Source: a virus
Lineage: Duplodnaviria > Caudoviricetes
DNA: 58,346 bases
Direction: 5' to 3' (one strand)
IMG/VR virus record: IMGVR_UViG_3300044655_000081
Location: 1 to 58,346 of that record
A program made the position numbers and the translations under genes. The notes under the pieces are model-generated. The model saw only the letters and a program-made list of their open reading frames with translations, did no database searches and was not told the origin of the DNA. How positions within the stretch are numbered: the stretch's first letter is position 1; the number at the start of each line of letters is the position of its first letter. Shown here in pieces: positions 7,892 to 18,232 of the stretch.

Positions 7892-10423
7892 TTAGTTATT
7901 AGATTTCAAACGTTTCAGTTCATCAATCTGTTCTTGTTGATCTTTGATTGCTTCAATTAGTAGAGCAACAATTCGATCATACTTAACTGCTTTGGTACCA
8001 TCTTGTTTGGTTGCAACTACTTCTGGTAACACCTTTTCAATGTCCTGTGCAATAACACCGACATCATGTTTACGAACAAAGTAACCATCCTCACCACCAT
8101 GAGCATCAATGAACTCTTGAGTCCAATCGAACTCAACACCACTGATCGACATGATCTTTTTAATAGCATTTTCAATACGTTTGATATTCTCTTTTAGAGA
8201 TTTGTCAGAAGAATAGTAAGCAGTAATGTTGTTGGTTGCTCTAATTTCACCAGTGACACCAGATGCAGCAGTACCAACACCAAGTGATGTAGTGTTTGCT
8301 GCGGCACTAAACATCGCAACACCGGCTGAAGTGATTTTTAGTGCTGGGTTAAGGCCGCCGTTAATACCAAAATTTAGACCATTTGAGGCATTGTCATTAT
8401 ATACATACCATTTTGCTGTACCTGATCTAGTAAACCACAGAGCGATATCTTGTGTTCCTGTAGATTCTAAGACCGCTAGGGGATTTGTGGTTGCATGTGC
8501 TACATGTAATGGTGCGGTTGGTATTGGTTTGCCTATACCAACATTACCACCGTTATCTATACGAATACCACGATTAGATCCTGACCAAGGGGCAATTACC
8601 ATTCCACTCGGACTGACATCTGCACCATTTGTTACACCATAAATTATAGATACGTCATTGGCCTGGACCATTCCATTGTATGATCCTGGTGACGTATTAC
8701 TATTCAGATATAAAAACTTATTTCCGTCACCGGTTCCAATATCGGCGGTCGCCGATGCTGGCCCTGTTTTTAAAATCTGTAGTCTGAATATTGGTGATGC
8801 AGTACCAATACCAACGTTACCAGCAGGTACAAAGAAATTGCCGTTGAATGATGTGCCTGACACGTTTGATAATTTATTGCCGGCCAATACGTTAACGTTA
8901 GCAGATAATGTCTGGCTATTTGATACAAAAGATGCAGCCAAGGTATTGACGTTAGCAGACAAAGAGATATTATTAGCATTAGCAGCAGCAAATGTGGCGG
9001 CCAATACGTTAACGTTAGCAGACAAAGAGATATTATTAGCATTAGCAGCAGCAAATGTGGCGGCCAATACGTTAACGTTAGCAGACAAAGAGATATTATT
9101 AGCATTAGCAGCAGCAAATGTGGCAGCCAAGGTATTGACGTTTGCAGACAAAGAGATATTATTAGCATTAGCAGCAGCAAATGTGGCAGCCAAGGTATTG
9201 ACGTTTGCAGACAAAGATATAGCATTTGTATTTGCTGCTATATAAGCAACGTTAAGGGCACCATATGCGGTTACGGGAGCAGCATATGTATAGATAGCAC
9301 CATCATCAATGATTCTGTTCCATACAATACTTGTTGTGTTTAGGGTATCAGTGATCTTGATATTGGTGTCGTATAGTTTACCACCATTAGTTGTACCAGC
9401 ATCAACAGCAACCATTGCGGAAGCAATATCACCAATAACATCAGCGTCAGCGGATCTTGCCCATGCTGTTGCTGAAACTACATAAAGACCATTCTGGTTT
9501 GCTAATGTTTGATCTTTTACTAGAACTCTATTGCCTGCTGAGACAGCAACACCGTCAATCGTTTGTGTTCCATATAATGCAATATTAGCGGTTGTTGCCG
9601 CAGTTACGGATCTCTTAACGAACGCACTTGGCAAGTTTTCTAGAGTTAGATTTGTAATTAATCCTGCTATCAAGTTTACGTTAGCAGACAAAGAAATGTT
9701 ATTGGCATTAGCAGCAGCAAAGGTGGCGGCCAAGGTATTGACGTTAGCAGATAATGTCTGGCTATTAGATACAAAAGATGCAGCCAAGGTATTGACGTTA
9801 GCAGATAATGTCTGGCTATTAGATACAAAAGATGCAGCCAAGGTATTGACGTTAGCAGACAAAGAAATGTTATTGGCATTAGCAGCAGCAAATGTGGCAG
9901 CCAATACGTTAACGTTAGCAGACAAAGAGATATTATTAGCATTAGCAGCAGCAAATGTGGCAGCCAATACGTTAACGTTAGCAGATAGTGTGACCGCATT
10001 TGCATTACTAGCGACGATTGCAGCAATAACGTTTGTACCACCAACAGTAAGATTGGGTAGAGAGATATTAGCACCACCAGCGACATCTAACTTATAATTA
10101 CTTGAGTTACCTGCTGCGGTACCAATGCCAACGTTACCATAATACTGGCCGAGTGTAATCCGTTGTGAAGCAACATTGACCTCGATTAGCGGTAGTCCAG
10201 ATACATCGTTAACTGAAAAGATAGTGTTTGATAGATCATTTGTGATTGAGAACAACTGACCAGCAGTACCTTCAAATGACAGTGTACCATTTGCTGTTGG
10301 ATATACAACTAATTCGATGTCAGTGTTATTCGTTGAATCTCCACCAGAAAACACGATTGTTGGATCACCGGTTGTTGATCCTGTGTTTGGTGTGATAACT
10401 ATGTTCTTATAAGTATTAGCCAT
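7892..10423 (-). CDS. Tail fibre with coiled-coil repeats and C-terminal peptidase S74-type intramolecular chaperone
   Basis: GNVGIG repeats, LSANVN repeat arrays, C-terminal YYSSD..LKENI...GVIAQ.IE.VLPEVV...V.Y..IVALLIEAIK. Confidence 0.85.
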   Translation of the reverse strand: MANTYKNIVITPNTGSTTGDPTIVFSGGDSTNNTDIELVVYPTANGTLSFEGTAGQLFSITNDLSNTIFSVNDVSGLPLIEVNVASQRITLGQYYGNVGIGTAAGNSSNYKLDVAGGANISLPNLTVGGTNVIAAIVASNANAVTLSANVNVLAATFAAANANNISLSANVNVLAATFAAANANNISLSANVNTLAASFVSNSQTLSANVNTLAASFVSNSQTLSANVNTLAATFAAANANNISLSANVNLIAGLITNLTLENLPSAFVKRSVTAATTANIALYGTQTIDGVAVSAGNRVLVKDQTLANQNGLYVVSATAWARSADADVIGDIASAMVAVDAGTTNGGKLYDTNIKITDTLNTTSIVWNRIIDDGAIYTYAAPVTAYGALNVAYIAANTNAISLSANVNTLAATFAAANANNISLSANVNTLAATFAAANANNISLSANVNVLAATFAAANANNISLSANVNVLAATFAAANANNISLSANVNTLAASFVSNSQTLSANVNVLAGNKLSNVSGTSFNGNFFVPAGNVGIGTASPIFRLQILKTGPASATADIGTGDGNKFLYLNSNTSPGSYNGMVQANDVSIIYGVTNGADVSPSGMVIAPWSGSNRGIRIDNGGNVGIGKPIPTAPLHVAHATTNPLAVLESTGTQDIALWFTRSGTAKWYVYNDNASNGLNFGINGGLNPALKITSAGVAMFSAAANTTSLGVGTAASGVTGEIRATNNITAYYSSDKSLKENIKRIENAIKKIMSISGVEFDWTQEFIDAHGGEDGYFVRKHDVGVIAQDIEKVLPEVVATKQDGTKAVKYDRIVALLIEAIKDQQEQIDELKRLKSNN
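8881..9225 (-). repeat. In-frame tandem repeat array (63-bp and 54-bp units) in the 843-aa fibre
   Basis: Near-identical units encoding NISLSANVN(T/V)LAATFAAANAN (21 aa) and QTLSANVNTLAASFVSNS (18 aa); six LSANVN cores. Confidence 0.9.
9670..10005 (-). repeat. Second in-frame tandem repeat array in the 843-aa fibre
   Basis: The same 21-aa and 18-aa units in a different order; six LSANVN cores. Confidence 0.9.
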
Positions 10424-10445
10424 TTGATCCTATCTCTGTTCTGAC

Positions 10446-10453
10446 TATTTATA
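10446..10453 (-). promoter_or_regulatory. T4-type late promoter TATAAATA
   Basis: Exact T4 late -10 consensus about 20 nt upstream of the fibre start; overlaps the upstream stop codon. Confidence 0.7.
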
Positions 10454-11807
10454 TATTGTATCTGCCACGAAGTGCAATAAAATTTTGTTCGATCTCAGAT
10501 GCTGACAATGTGCGATTGTATATCTTAACATTAGATACACTACCTTTAAACGGATACCAAGGCGCTGTACCATTGTTACCACTATTGCCATCACCGATCA
10601 TGAACTTGTATGGGTAGTCTGTGACTGAACCTGCATAAGATACTGATCCAGTTTCATTACCATTTATATATATTTTCATGGTGGTATTGACACCATCATA
10701 TGACGTTGTAAATGCTGTATGATACCAGGTGTTAGTTGTCAATCCACCGGATGATAATGTTTTTTGTGTACCACCAATAGCGATTGAGAAAAATAAAGAA
10801 TTGCCATTATAGAAACTGAAATATGGTAGAAATCTTCCCATGAACATATTAAAGGTGTTCAGGTTCTGAGAGCAATTTACCCATGCTTCCCATGTAGCAT
10901 TGTTGCCAAATGACACTGTATTGGTAGTAACAACACAACTATTAGCACCAAGATTTCCGTCAAATGTCATATAACCAGCGGAATTGTGTGGATCAACACT
11001 GTTCAATACAGATCCATGATTAGATCCTATCATATCATACCATTCTGAACCAACTCCTGCAATTAGATCAGCAATAGTTGGTTGAGAACCATCACACAAA
11101 TCAATTCTTGGTTGATAGAACTGCTGATTGGTTGTAGTAATAGTAGAGTAGAATAGATATGCTCTATGAATTGTTTTTGTATTTGTTGGCTTCCACACCC
11201 AGTCACCTTGGTTAGGCGAACCTTGGAACTTAGTTCCTGATGTGTTCCATAAGCCACTGTCTGTGTGAACGCTTCCTGTTCCACTATTGGCAGGAAAAAC
11301 ATGGCCGACAACTAGCATCCATTCGTTGTTTGCAATACTCGCTGGCCAACCGCCCGCTGAAAAATAGGGGTTAGTGCTTACTGATGCTGTGTTTGCTCTT
11401 AATAGAACACCGTCATTACCAAGCCCAGCATTGATTCCATATAGGCCCATATAGTAACTACCATCACCAATATTCTTTCTGCGTAGCCATACTGAAAATC
11501 TGTATAGTTGAGAAGAATCAATTGACACGTAAGGACTGCTGAATCCACCATCAGCGTCACTCGTAGCGTCATTAGATGGAGAATCCCAGACAAGCGTAGT
11601 AACACCAAAAGGACCTGTGTCTAGTATTCTTTGATTTTCTGATACAGAACCATTGTATGAGAATGTAGTGGTGCCACCTGTCCCTAACGTCCAGTCGCTA
11701 AGATCAAGAAGGTTCTTATATCCTCTTGCTGATCTATTAGTATTAGCAGCGTCCCAGTAACTTACTAGTCCATTAGTGACTATAGATGGTGAATGTCCTA
11801 GTGCCAT
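10449..11807 (-). CDS. LamG/concanavalin A-like virion protein with inserted domain
   Basis: N-terminal P.IVTNGLV.YWDAAN; C-terminal WYHTAFT, IYING, F.G.VSNVKIYNRTLS..EI.QNF...RGRY. Confidence 0.8.
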   Translation of the reverse strand: MALGHSPSIVTNGLVSYWDAANTNRSARGYKNLLDLSDWTLGTGGTTTFSYNGSVSENQRILDTGPFGVTTLVWDSPSNDATSDADGGFSSPYVSIDSSQLYRFSVWLRRKNIGDGSYYMGLYGINAGLGNDGVLLRANTASVSTNPYFSAGGWPASIANNEWMLVVGHVFPANSGTGSVHTDSGLWNTSGTKFQGSPNQGDWVWKPTNTKTIHRAYLFYSTITTTNQQFYQPRIDLCDGSQPTIADLIAGVGSEWYDMIGSNHGSVLNSVDPHNSAGYMTFDGNLGANSCVVTTNTVSFGNNATWEAWVNCSQNLNTFNMFMGRFLPYFSFYNGNSLFFSIAIGGTQKTLSSGGLTTNTWYHTAFTTSYDGVNTTMKIYINGNETGSVSYAGSVTDYPYKFMIGDGNSGNNGTAPWYPFKGSVSNVKIYNRTLSASEIEQNFIALRGRYNI

Positions 11808-12475
11808 TATAAACCATATCTCCCCTTGTATGCATTGTAATATGCGGAGATTTGTGATGGTGTTAGTTCAACATTCCATAAACCAATTTTTGATAAGGTG
11901 CATGGAGCATAATAGCCTGAATAATTTGCTATCGTAGCACCCGATGGATTGTTCAATGTGCCTGTATATGTAGAGGTAGAGGCATCCCATAAAGTTCCAT
12001 TAACATATAGTTTAAGAGTCGATCCAGATGACCAGGATACGACAAAGTGATACCAGTTACCATAAGTTGCAGTGAACGCTGTTTCGGTTGCGATATTTCC
12101 TATTGTTACCAAACTCGCTTGACCAAATACAGAATTATCAAAAAATTTAGTGCCTGTGATGATATAATCAAGAGAGAATAGAGTTGTTGTTGCACCTGCA
12201 TTACTACCAGTGATTTTGGCAAAGGTGCTCGTAGTAAAAGCAGTCATACCGGTGGTGCCTGCTATACTGGCTATGTCACCATATTGATTAGTTCCGTTAA
12301 AAGTCAATGCACCACTACTGTATGTTGGTGCATTAGACAGTGTAGCGTTGTTACCATTACCAGATAAATCATACCAGGTTGATCCACTACCGGGATAACT
12401 GGTAGTTGTATAGGCGTCTAGGTCTACAAGTAACCCCTGTGCTAGTATTTTAGATGGTCCATAGGTTACTGCCAT
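11807..12475 (-). CDS. LamG/concanavalin A-like virion protein
   Basis: GL...LDA....SYPGSGSTWYDLSGNGNNATL, WYHFVVSW, LYVNG, ELT..QI...YNA.KGRYGL. Confidence 0.82.
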   Translation of the reverse strand: MAVTYGPSKILAQGLLVDLDAYTTTSYPGSGSTWYDLSGNGNNATLSNAPTYSSGALTFNGTNQYGDIASIAGTTGMTAFTTSTFAKITGSNAGATTTLFSLDYIITGTKFFDNSVFGQASLVTIGNIATETAFTATYGNWYHFVVSWSSGSTLKLYVNGTLWDASTSTYTGTLNNPSGATIANYSGYYAPCTLSKIGLWNVELTPSQISAYYNAYKGRYGL

Positions 12476-15400
12476 TATTCCTCATACTCCACAACTAGTT
12501 TATCAACGTCCTTACGTTCTGCATATACATGATAGAAGCAATAAGGCTGTGTATGGTTTTCCGTATCAATATGAATCTTCAAGCCATCAATATCAGAAAC
12601 ATATAGATTCTGACTATGACCGATAGCAGTTAGATTGACTGTGATGGTATCTAGATCAACTAGACCTTCCCAGTAATCTGGCAGATTAATAACTTTCTCA
12701 CCATCTAGTTTACCACGAACATAGACACCGTTTTCTGGACCTTCTAGCGATCCATAACGTAGTTTCATACCAGGCTTAGTTGGGTGCTTAATTTCGAACG
12801 ACTTAGTTACAGCATATAGACCACCGGTAATTCTAAAGTTACCAGTTGCAGATGAAAGTTCCGCTACAATGGTTGGTGTGGTGGATGTGCCACCACCTGC
12901 TTCCCATGTCCAACCATAACCAGCAGTATTTTCAACAAATGATCTTCTAGCCCAAGATGTGACATACGTACCTGTTGGAGCGGTGACCGTTGCTGTCCAA
13001 CCTTGTCCAGCACCAGCGGGTGCCATGTAGTCTTGCCATGCTGTATATGTTGGAGAATACCAGTTAATACCAGTTGATGCAGAAGCAATACGACGCATCT
13101 GATGTATGTTACTCACCACATTTGGTGTGTAGATAGGACCATTGACTTCTAGTTTATATCCGGGTGTTGCGGTACCGATACCAACGTTACCATCAGCACC
13201 AAGTGTCATCTTTGTGCTATTGCCAGTGATGAATGATACTGTATTAGATGAATAAGATCCAAAATAGACTGTGTTAGCAGATGTGGATGGTGTAAATACA
13301 GCACTCATAGCACCTTCGAACAGTGCTAGTCCTGGAAGACCAGATGATGAAGATGTTGTTGTTACACCAATACCTGCTGCTCCTGATGTGACACCTAGGC
13401 GATAAGTAGCACTTGCACCCTGGCCAATACCAACGTTACCATTGTTACCGATAGACATTCTGACTGTATTATTGGTACCAAAAACCATAGGTTCTGATTG
13501 CGTTTGCCAAACATACATTTGACCAGATATTGGACTACCATAACCAACATATCCCATCTCAGAACCAGAACTGTTCAAGAATTGTAGATATGCACTTGTG
13601 TTAGAGTATGCAGATTGAATACCAACTACGGCAGCCGTTGCAGGAGCAGCATTGACATGTAGTCTAGATGTTGGACTAGTGATACCAATTCCAACGTTAC
13701 CGGTTTCAGTAATTCTCATTACTTCTTGTGGTGTAAACTGCGTATTTGCTGCAATTGTCTGTGAACCATTAGCAAAGAACTGAATACCACCAGTTGACAT
13801 GTTCATTCTAATAGCAGAGCGATATATCGAAGAACTACCATATGAAGAATCATATGCATCTGTAAAGGTATTACCCTTCATACCGGTACCTAGAACAAGA
13901 CCGGATGAACTATATGGGGTCCAGATAGAAGCATAATGTCCTCCACCACCACCCCAAACAATACCACGACCAGCAGTTCCTGATCCTAAATCGATGACAC
14001 CAACAGGTGCTGCTGTACCAACACCAAGATTTCCATCGGTGTTAAGAGTCAATGCATTGTTGAGTGTAGCAACTGCACCGGCCGTTCCTGATGGTGCCAA
14101 GTACCATCTATGAGCGCCCGAGTTCATCATATAAGCAGAGGCAACAGCAGATGCTTTGTAATTAAATACACCAGCAGATGATTCGTATAAATTGAATCCT
14201 AAGAATCCAACACCATTAGATGTTGTTGAAATTGATGTATAAGCACCAATATCGATTGCTCTTGCTGTTGATACCCATGGGCTTGGTATTACACTAAGTC
14301 CTAAGAAACCGTCATTATCCAGTCTTAGTCTTTCGGTCAGTGTTGAACTGTTTCTGAAAATTAAGTTACCAGCAGTTCCACCTCTATTGAGGTCCACATA
14401 GTAATCACTACCACTTTGGGCTAATACTGTGTAGTTTGATGGGTTTCTGAATACTAGACCGGCATTTGAAGCATCATAAACTTGCATCCTAAATGATGGC
14501 ATTGTATTGTTAGTACCAACACTTAGATTGCCAGCGGGAACAAATATATCACCATTATATGAAGTGCCAGATGTGTTGGCTAGTTTACCAGCGGTACATG
14601 CTGCTAATACTGCTATGTTAGCACCCTGAGTAGCATTGTTACTCACTACAGCAGCAGCCAATACGTTAACATTGGTTGATAATGAAACTGTATTTGATGT
14701 TAGAGTTGCAATATCAGTATTAGATGCAATGTATGTCGTAATAGCGGCATTAGCATTACTGGTAAATGCCCAAGCATCGGCTGCTTCTACCCATATTAGA
14801 GCAGCATTAGCAGCAGCACTACCACGATTGACTTCTATGCCAGCATTTTCAGTTGGTGTTATATTGCCTGGTAGATCAGCATTAAGAACTACTAGGTTAT
14901 CACCAATCAATAGTGTCTGTGTATTGACATATGATTGGGATCCACTAACAGTCAAACTACCAGTAATAGCAACGTCACCAGAAATGGTACCGCCAGATTT
15001 ATTATATGCTGCACCAGCCAAAGTGTTAACATTTGCTGCTAAAGTATTAACATTGGTTGATAGTGATACGGAGTTAGCGTTAGCCAAAACAAATGTAGCA
15101 GCCAAGGTATTAACGTTAGCAGACAAAGAAATGTTGTTAGCATTAGCAGCAACAAAGGTGGCTGCCAAAGTGTTGACGTTTGCTGACAGTGTTTGAGCAT
15201 TAGTATTAGCAGCCAAGTAAGCAACGTTTAATGCACCATAGGCAGTAATAGGAGCAGCATACGTATAGATAGCACCGTCATCGATAATTCTATACCAGGT
15301 AATGCTTGTTGTGTTTAAGGTGTCAGTTATCTTGATATCATTGTCATAGAGTTTGCCACCATTAGTTGTACCAGCGTCAACAGCAACCAACGCTGAAGCA

Positions 15401-18198
15401 ATATCACCAATAACATCGGCATCAGCGGATCTTGTCCATGCTGTTGCGGAAACTACATAAAGTCCATTTTGATTTGCGAGTGTTTGGTCTTTGACTAGAA
15501 CTCTATTGCCTGCGGAAACAGCAACACCATCAATCGTTTGTGTTCCGTATAGAGCAATGTTAGCAGTTGTGGCTGCTGTTACTGACCTCTTAACGAAAGC
15601 GGTCGGTACATTTTCTAGAGTTAGATTGGTGATTGCACCGGCAATAGTATTAACATTGGCAGCCAAAGCAGCGATGTTGGCACCTTGTGTAGCATTATTG
15701 GATATAACTGCGGCCGCCAAGATATTAACATTAGCGGACAATGACTGACTATTAGAGACAAAGGCACCTGCTAGGGTATTGACATTGGCAGATAATGACT
15801 GACTATTGGATACAAAGGCAGCAGCCAATGTGTTAACGTTAGATGAAAGCGTAACAGCATTAGCGTTAGATGCTACGATAGCAGCAATAACGTTTGTACC
15901 GCCGACAACTAGATTTGGTAAAGCGATGTTAGCATTACCGTTGACATGTAGTGATGCTGCTGGTGTAGTAACACCGATACCAATATTTCCTGCAAAGTAG
16001 TTTTGTCCACCAGCAGAATAAATCGAGTAGTTAGTATTACCACCGGTAATAGCATCAATATACAAGCCATATGATGCTGTGATAAAACCACCACCTGTAG
16101 TTGTAGAGTTTCTAGCCCAAACAGAATAAGCAGATCCTACAATCGAATTGCTTCTATTATATGTTCTACCCGCTATGCCAACCATTCTCAACAAATATGA
16201 TGGGCTATAATGATAAACGTTACCGTATATACCTCTGAGGTCTCCAGTTGCATAACCATCTGTGATATTGGAATCTGATGCAATACTACCAAAGAAACCA
16301 TATCCATAATATGTGTTAGTGGTATTTGCTGTTGGTGCCCATACTCCAGAAAATTGTGCGGCCGTAACACTGTCACCATTCAACATCGAATTGGGATTAT
16401 AACTAAGTGTTGGATATGCTCTTACAGCAAAAACTCTATTCGTTGAATCTGCTGGATCGATACCGTGTGTTGAGACGACTGTTGTGTCTGGTATCTGCAA
16501 ATAACCGGATAAACTTGTATTGCCAACAACGTCTAATGTATAAGATGCAGAACTTGTTCCAATACCTACATTACCAGTTGGGAAGTTTAAATCACCATTA
16601 AAAGAAACACCGCTAGTATTTGCGAGTCTATAACTTACTGCCGATGATAAGTTGGCAGCCAATGATATGTTATTGGCATTAGCAGAAGAAAAGGTACCAG
16701 CCAAAGTATTGACGTTAGCGGATAGTGACTGACTATTAGATACGAATGATGCAGCCAGGGTATTAACATTAGCGGATAGGGATACGTTATTAGCATTAGC
16801 GGCAGCAAAGGTAGCAGCCAATACATTAACGTTAGCGGATAGTGACTGACTATTTGAGATAGTAGCATATGTTGATATAGCAAAATTGTTTGCTGCAAGT
16901 CCTACAGTAGCAGCATATCCATTCGATGCATTAGCAACAGAATAAGCGGCATTGAGAACAGTAAATGCTGAGTTTACTCCTGCATAAGCATTGGTACCAA
17001 TGGTAACTCCAGAATTTGCCTGGGTATATGTCGTATTAGTAACTTGCCAATTAGATGATAGAGAAGCGAATGTTAATCCTAATGAAGAAAATGTAGAATT
17101 TGTCAAAGACCAGTTAGCGTTCAGAGAATCAAGTGTTCCATATGTCGCAGCGGCATAATTGTTTGCACCTGCTGCTGCATCGTTAACATCTGTTAGAGAC
17201 GCTACAGTTGAGTATGATCCTAATGTTGTGTTTGATGTGAACTGCCATGCCTCAGCGGTTTCATTCCATATAAAGGCAGAGTTTGATAATGCACTACCAC
17301 GGTTAACTTCAATACCAGCATTTTCTGTTGGTGTTATATTTCCTGGAAGATCAGCATTAAGAGTTAGTAGACTATCACCTATTAGCAGAGTTTGTGTATT
17401 GATATAAGACTGATTACCAGAAATCGTAAGATTGCCTGTAATTGAAACGTCGCCAGAGATCGTACCACCAGTCTTAGGATATGCTGCACCTGCTAAAGTA
17501 TTCACGTTAGCAGCCAAGGTGTTAACATTGGAAGACAATGAAACGTTGTTGGCATTGGCTAAAGCGAATGTAGCAGCCAGAGTGTTAACGTTAGTGGATA
17601 GCGATATAGCGTTGGCATTTGCTTGTGAAAAAATATTAGTGAATGTTACATAAGAAGCAGCCAAGGTGTTAACATTAGCGGATAATGACTGACTATTTGA
17701 TACGAAAGCAGCAGCCAAGACAGCAATATTTGCTCCTTGGGAAGCGTCATTAGCAACGACAGCGGCTGCCAAGGTATTGACGTTAGCAGACAGCGATACC
17801 GTATTAGCATTAGCAGCAGCAAAGGTGGTTGCCAAGGTATTAACATTAGTGGATAATGACTGACTGTTGGATACAAATGATGCAACCAATACATTTACGT
17901 TAGTTGATAGCGAGACATTGTTAGCATTAGCAGCAGCAAAGGTGGTTGCCAAGGTGTTAACATTATCGGATAATGTCTGACTGTTGGCTACGAAAGAACC
18001 AGCAAGAGTGTTAACATTAGAGGATAGTGACTGACTATTAGATACAAAAGCCGCTGCTAGAGTATTGACGTTAGCAGATAGCGATACATCATTTGCTTGT
18101 GATGCAACGATAGCAGCGATAACGTTAGTACCACCAACAATCAATATGTTGTTATTGACAATAAGACCGTGACGGGCCGTAAACTCTTTATTAGACAC
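12475..18198 (-). CDS. Long tail fibre protein (1907 aa, GTG start)
   Basis: LS.NVNTLA repeat blocks, several GNVGIG modules, C-terminal KSFEIKHPTK.G..LRYGSLEGPENGVYVRG domain typical of fibres of T4-like aquatic phages. Confidence 0.85.
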   Translation of the reverse strand: MSNKEFTARHGLIVNNNILIVGGTNVIAAIVASQANDVSLSANVNTLAAAFVSNSQSLSSNVNTLAGSFVANSQTLSDNVNTLATTFAAANANNVSLSTNVNVLVASFVSNSQSLSTNVNTLATTFAAANANTVSLSANVNTLAAAVVANDASQGANIAVLAAAFVSNSQSLSANVNTLAASYVTFTNIFSQANANAISLSTNVNTLAATFALANANNVSLSSNVNTLAANVNTLAGAAYPKTGGTISGDVSITGNLTISGNQSYINTQTLLIGDSLLTLNADLPGNITPTENAGIEVNRGSALSNSAFIWNETAEAWQFTSNTTLGSYSTVASLTDVNDAAAGANNYAAATYGTLDSLNANWSLTNSTFSSLGLTFASLSSNWQVTNTTYTQANSGVTIGTNAYAGVNSAFTVLNAAYSVANASNGYAATVGLAANNFAISTYATISNSQSLSANVNVLAATFAAANANNVSLSANVNTLAASFVSNSQSLSANVNTLAGTFSSANANNISLAANLSSAVSYRLANTSGVSFNGDLNFPTGNVGIGTSSASYTLDVVGNTSLSGYLQIPDTTVVSTHGIDPADSTNRVFAVRAYPTLSYNPNSMLNGDSVTAAQFSGVWAPTANTTNTYYGYGFFGSIASDSNITDGYATGDLRGIYGNVYHYSPSYLLRMVGIAGRTYNRSNSIVGSAYSVWARNSTTTGGGFITASYGLYIDAITGGNTNYSIYSAGGQNYFAGNIGIGVTTPAASLHVNGNANIALPNLVVGGTNVIAAIVASNANAVTLSSNVNTLAAAFVSNSQSLSANVNTLAGAFVSNSQSLSANVNILAAAVISNNATQGANIAALAANVNTIAGAITNLTLENVPTAFVKRSVTAATTANIALYGTQTIDGVAVSAGNRVLVKDQTLANQNGLYVVSATAWTRSADADVIGDIASALVAVDAGTTNGGKLYDNDIKITDTLNTTSITWYRIIDDGAIYTYAAPITAYGALNVAYLAANTNAQTLSANVNTLAATFVAANANNISLSANVNTLAATFVLANANSVSLSTNVNTLAANVNTLAGAAYNKSGGTISGDVAITGSLTVSGSQSYVNTQTLLIGDNLVVLNADLPGNITPTENAGIEVNRGSAAANAALIWVEAADAWAFTSNANAAITTYIASNTDIATLTSNTVSLSTNVNVLAAAVVSNNATQGANIAVLAACTAGKLANTSGTSYNGDIFVPAGNLSVGTNNTMPSFRMQVYDASNAGLVFRNPSNYTVLAQSGSDYYVDLNRGGTAGNLIFRNSSTLTERLRLDNDGFLGLSVIPSPWVSTARAIDIGAYTSISTTSNGVGFLGFNLYESSAGVFNYKASAVASAYMMNSGAHRWYLAPSGTAGAVATLNNALTLNTDGNLGVGTAAPVGVIDLGSGTAGRGIVWGGGGGHYASIWTPYSSSGLVLGTGMKGNTFTDAYDSSYGSSSIYRSAIRMNMSTGGIQFFANGSQTIAANTQFTPQEVMRITETGNVGIGITSPTSRLHVNAAPATAAVVGIQSAYSNTSAYLQFLNSSGSEMGYVGYGSPISGQMYVWQTQSEPMVFGTNNTVRMSIGNNGNVGIGQGASATYRLGVTSGAAGIGVTTTSSSSGLPGLALFEGAMSAVFTPSTSANTVYFGSYSSNTVSFITGNSTKMTLGADGNVGIGTATPGYKLEVNGPIYTPNVVSNIHQMRRIASASTGINWYSPTYTAWQDYMAPAGAGQGWTATVTAPTGTYVTSWARRSFVENTAGYGWTWEAGGGTSTTPTIVAELSSATGNFRITGGLYAVTKSFEIKHPTKPGMKLRYGSLEGPENGVYVRGKLDGEKVINLPDYWEGLVDLDTITVNLTAIGHSQNLYVSDIDGLKIHIDTENHTQPYCFYHVYAERKDVDKLVVEYEE
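17490..18100 (-). repeat. Degenerate LS(A/S/T)NVNTLA repeat block at the N-terminus of the 1907-aa fibre (further blocks near 16650-16860, 15640-15870, 15020-15210)
   Basis: Visible in the translation; same repeat family as in the 843-aa fibre but more diverged. Confidence 0.8.
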
Positions 18199-18232
18199 TA
18201 GGTTCCCTTTCCCCCAGTTTGTATATTCCTAT

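Noticed and set aside
8881-10005. CRISPR array
   Set aside because: The repeats are contiguous, in-frame, protein-coding multiples of 3 with no unique spacers; no cas genes.
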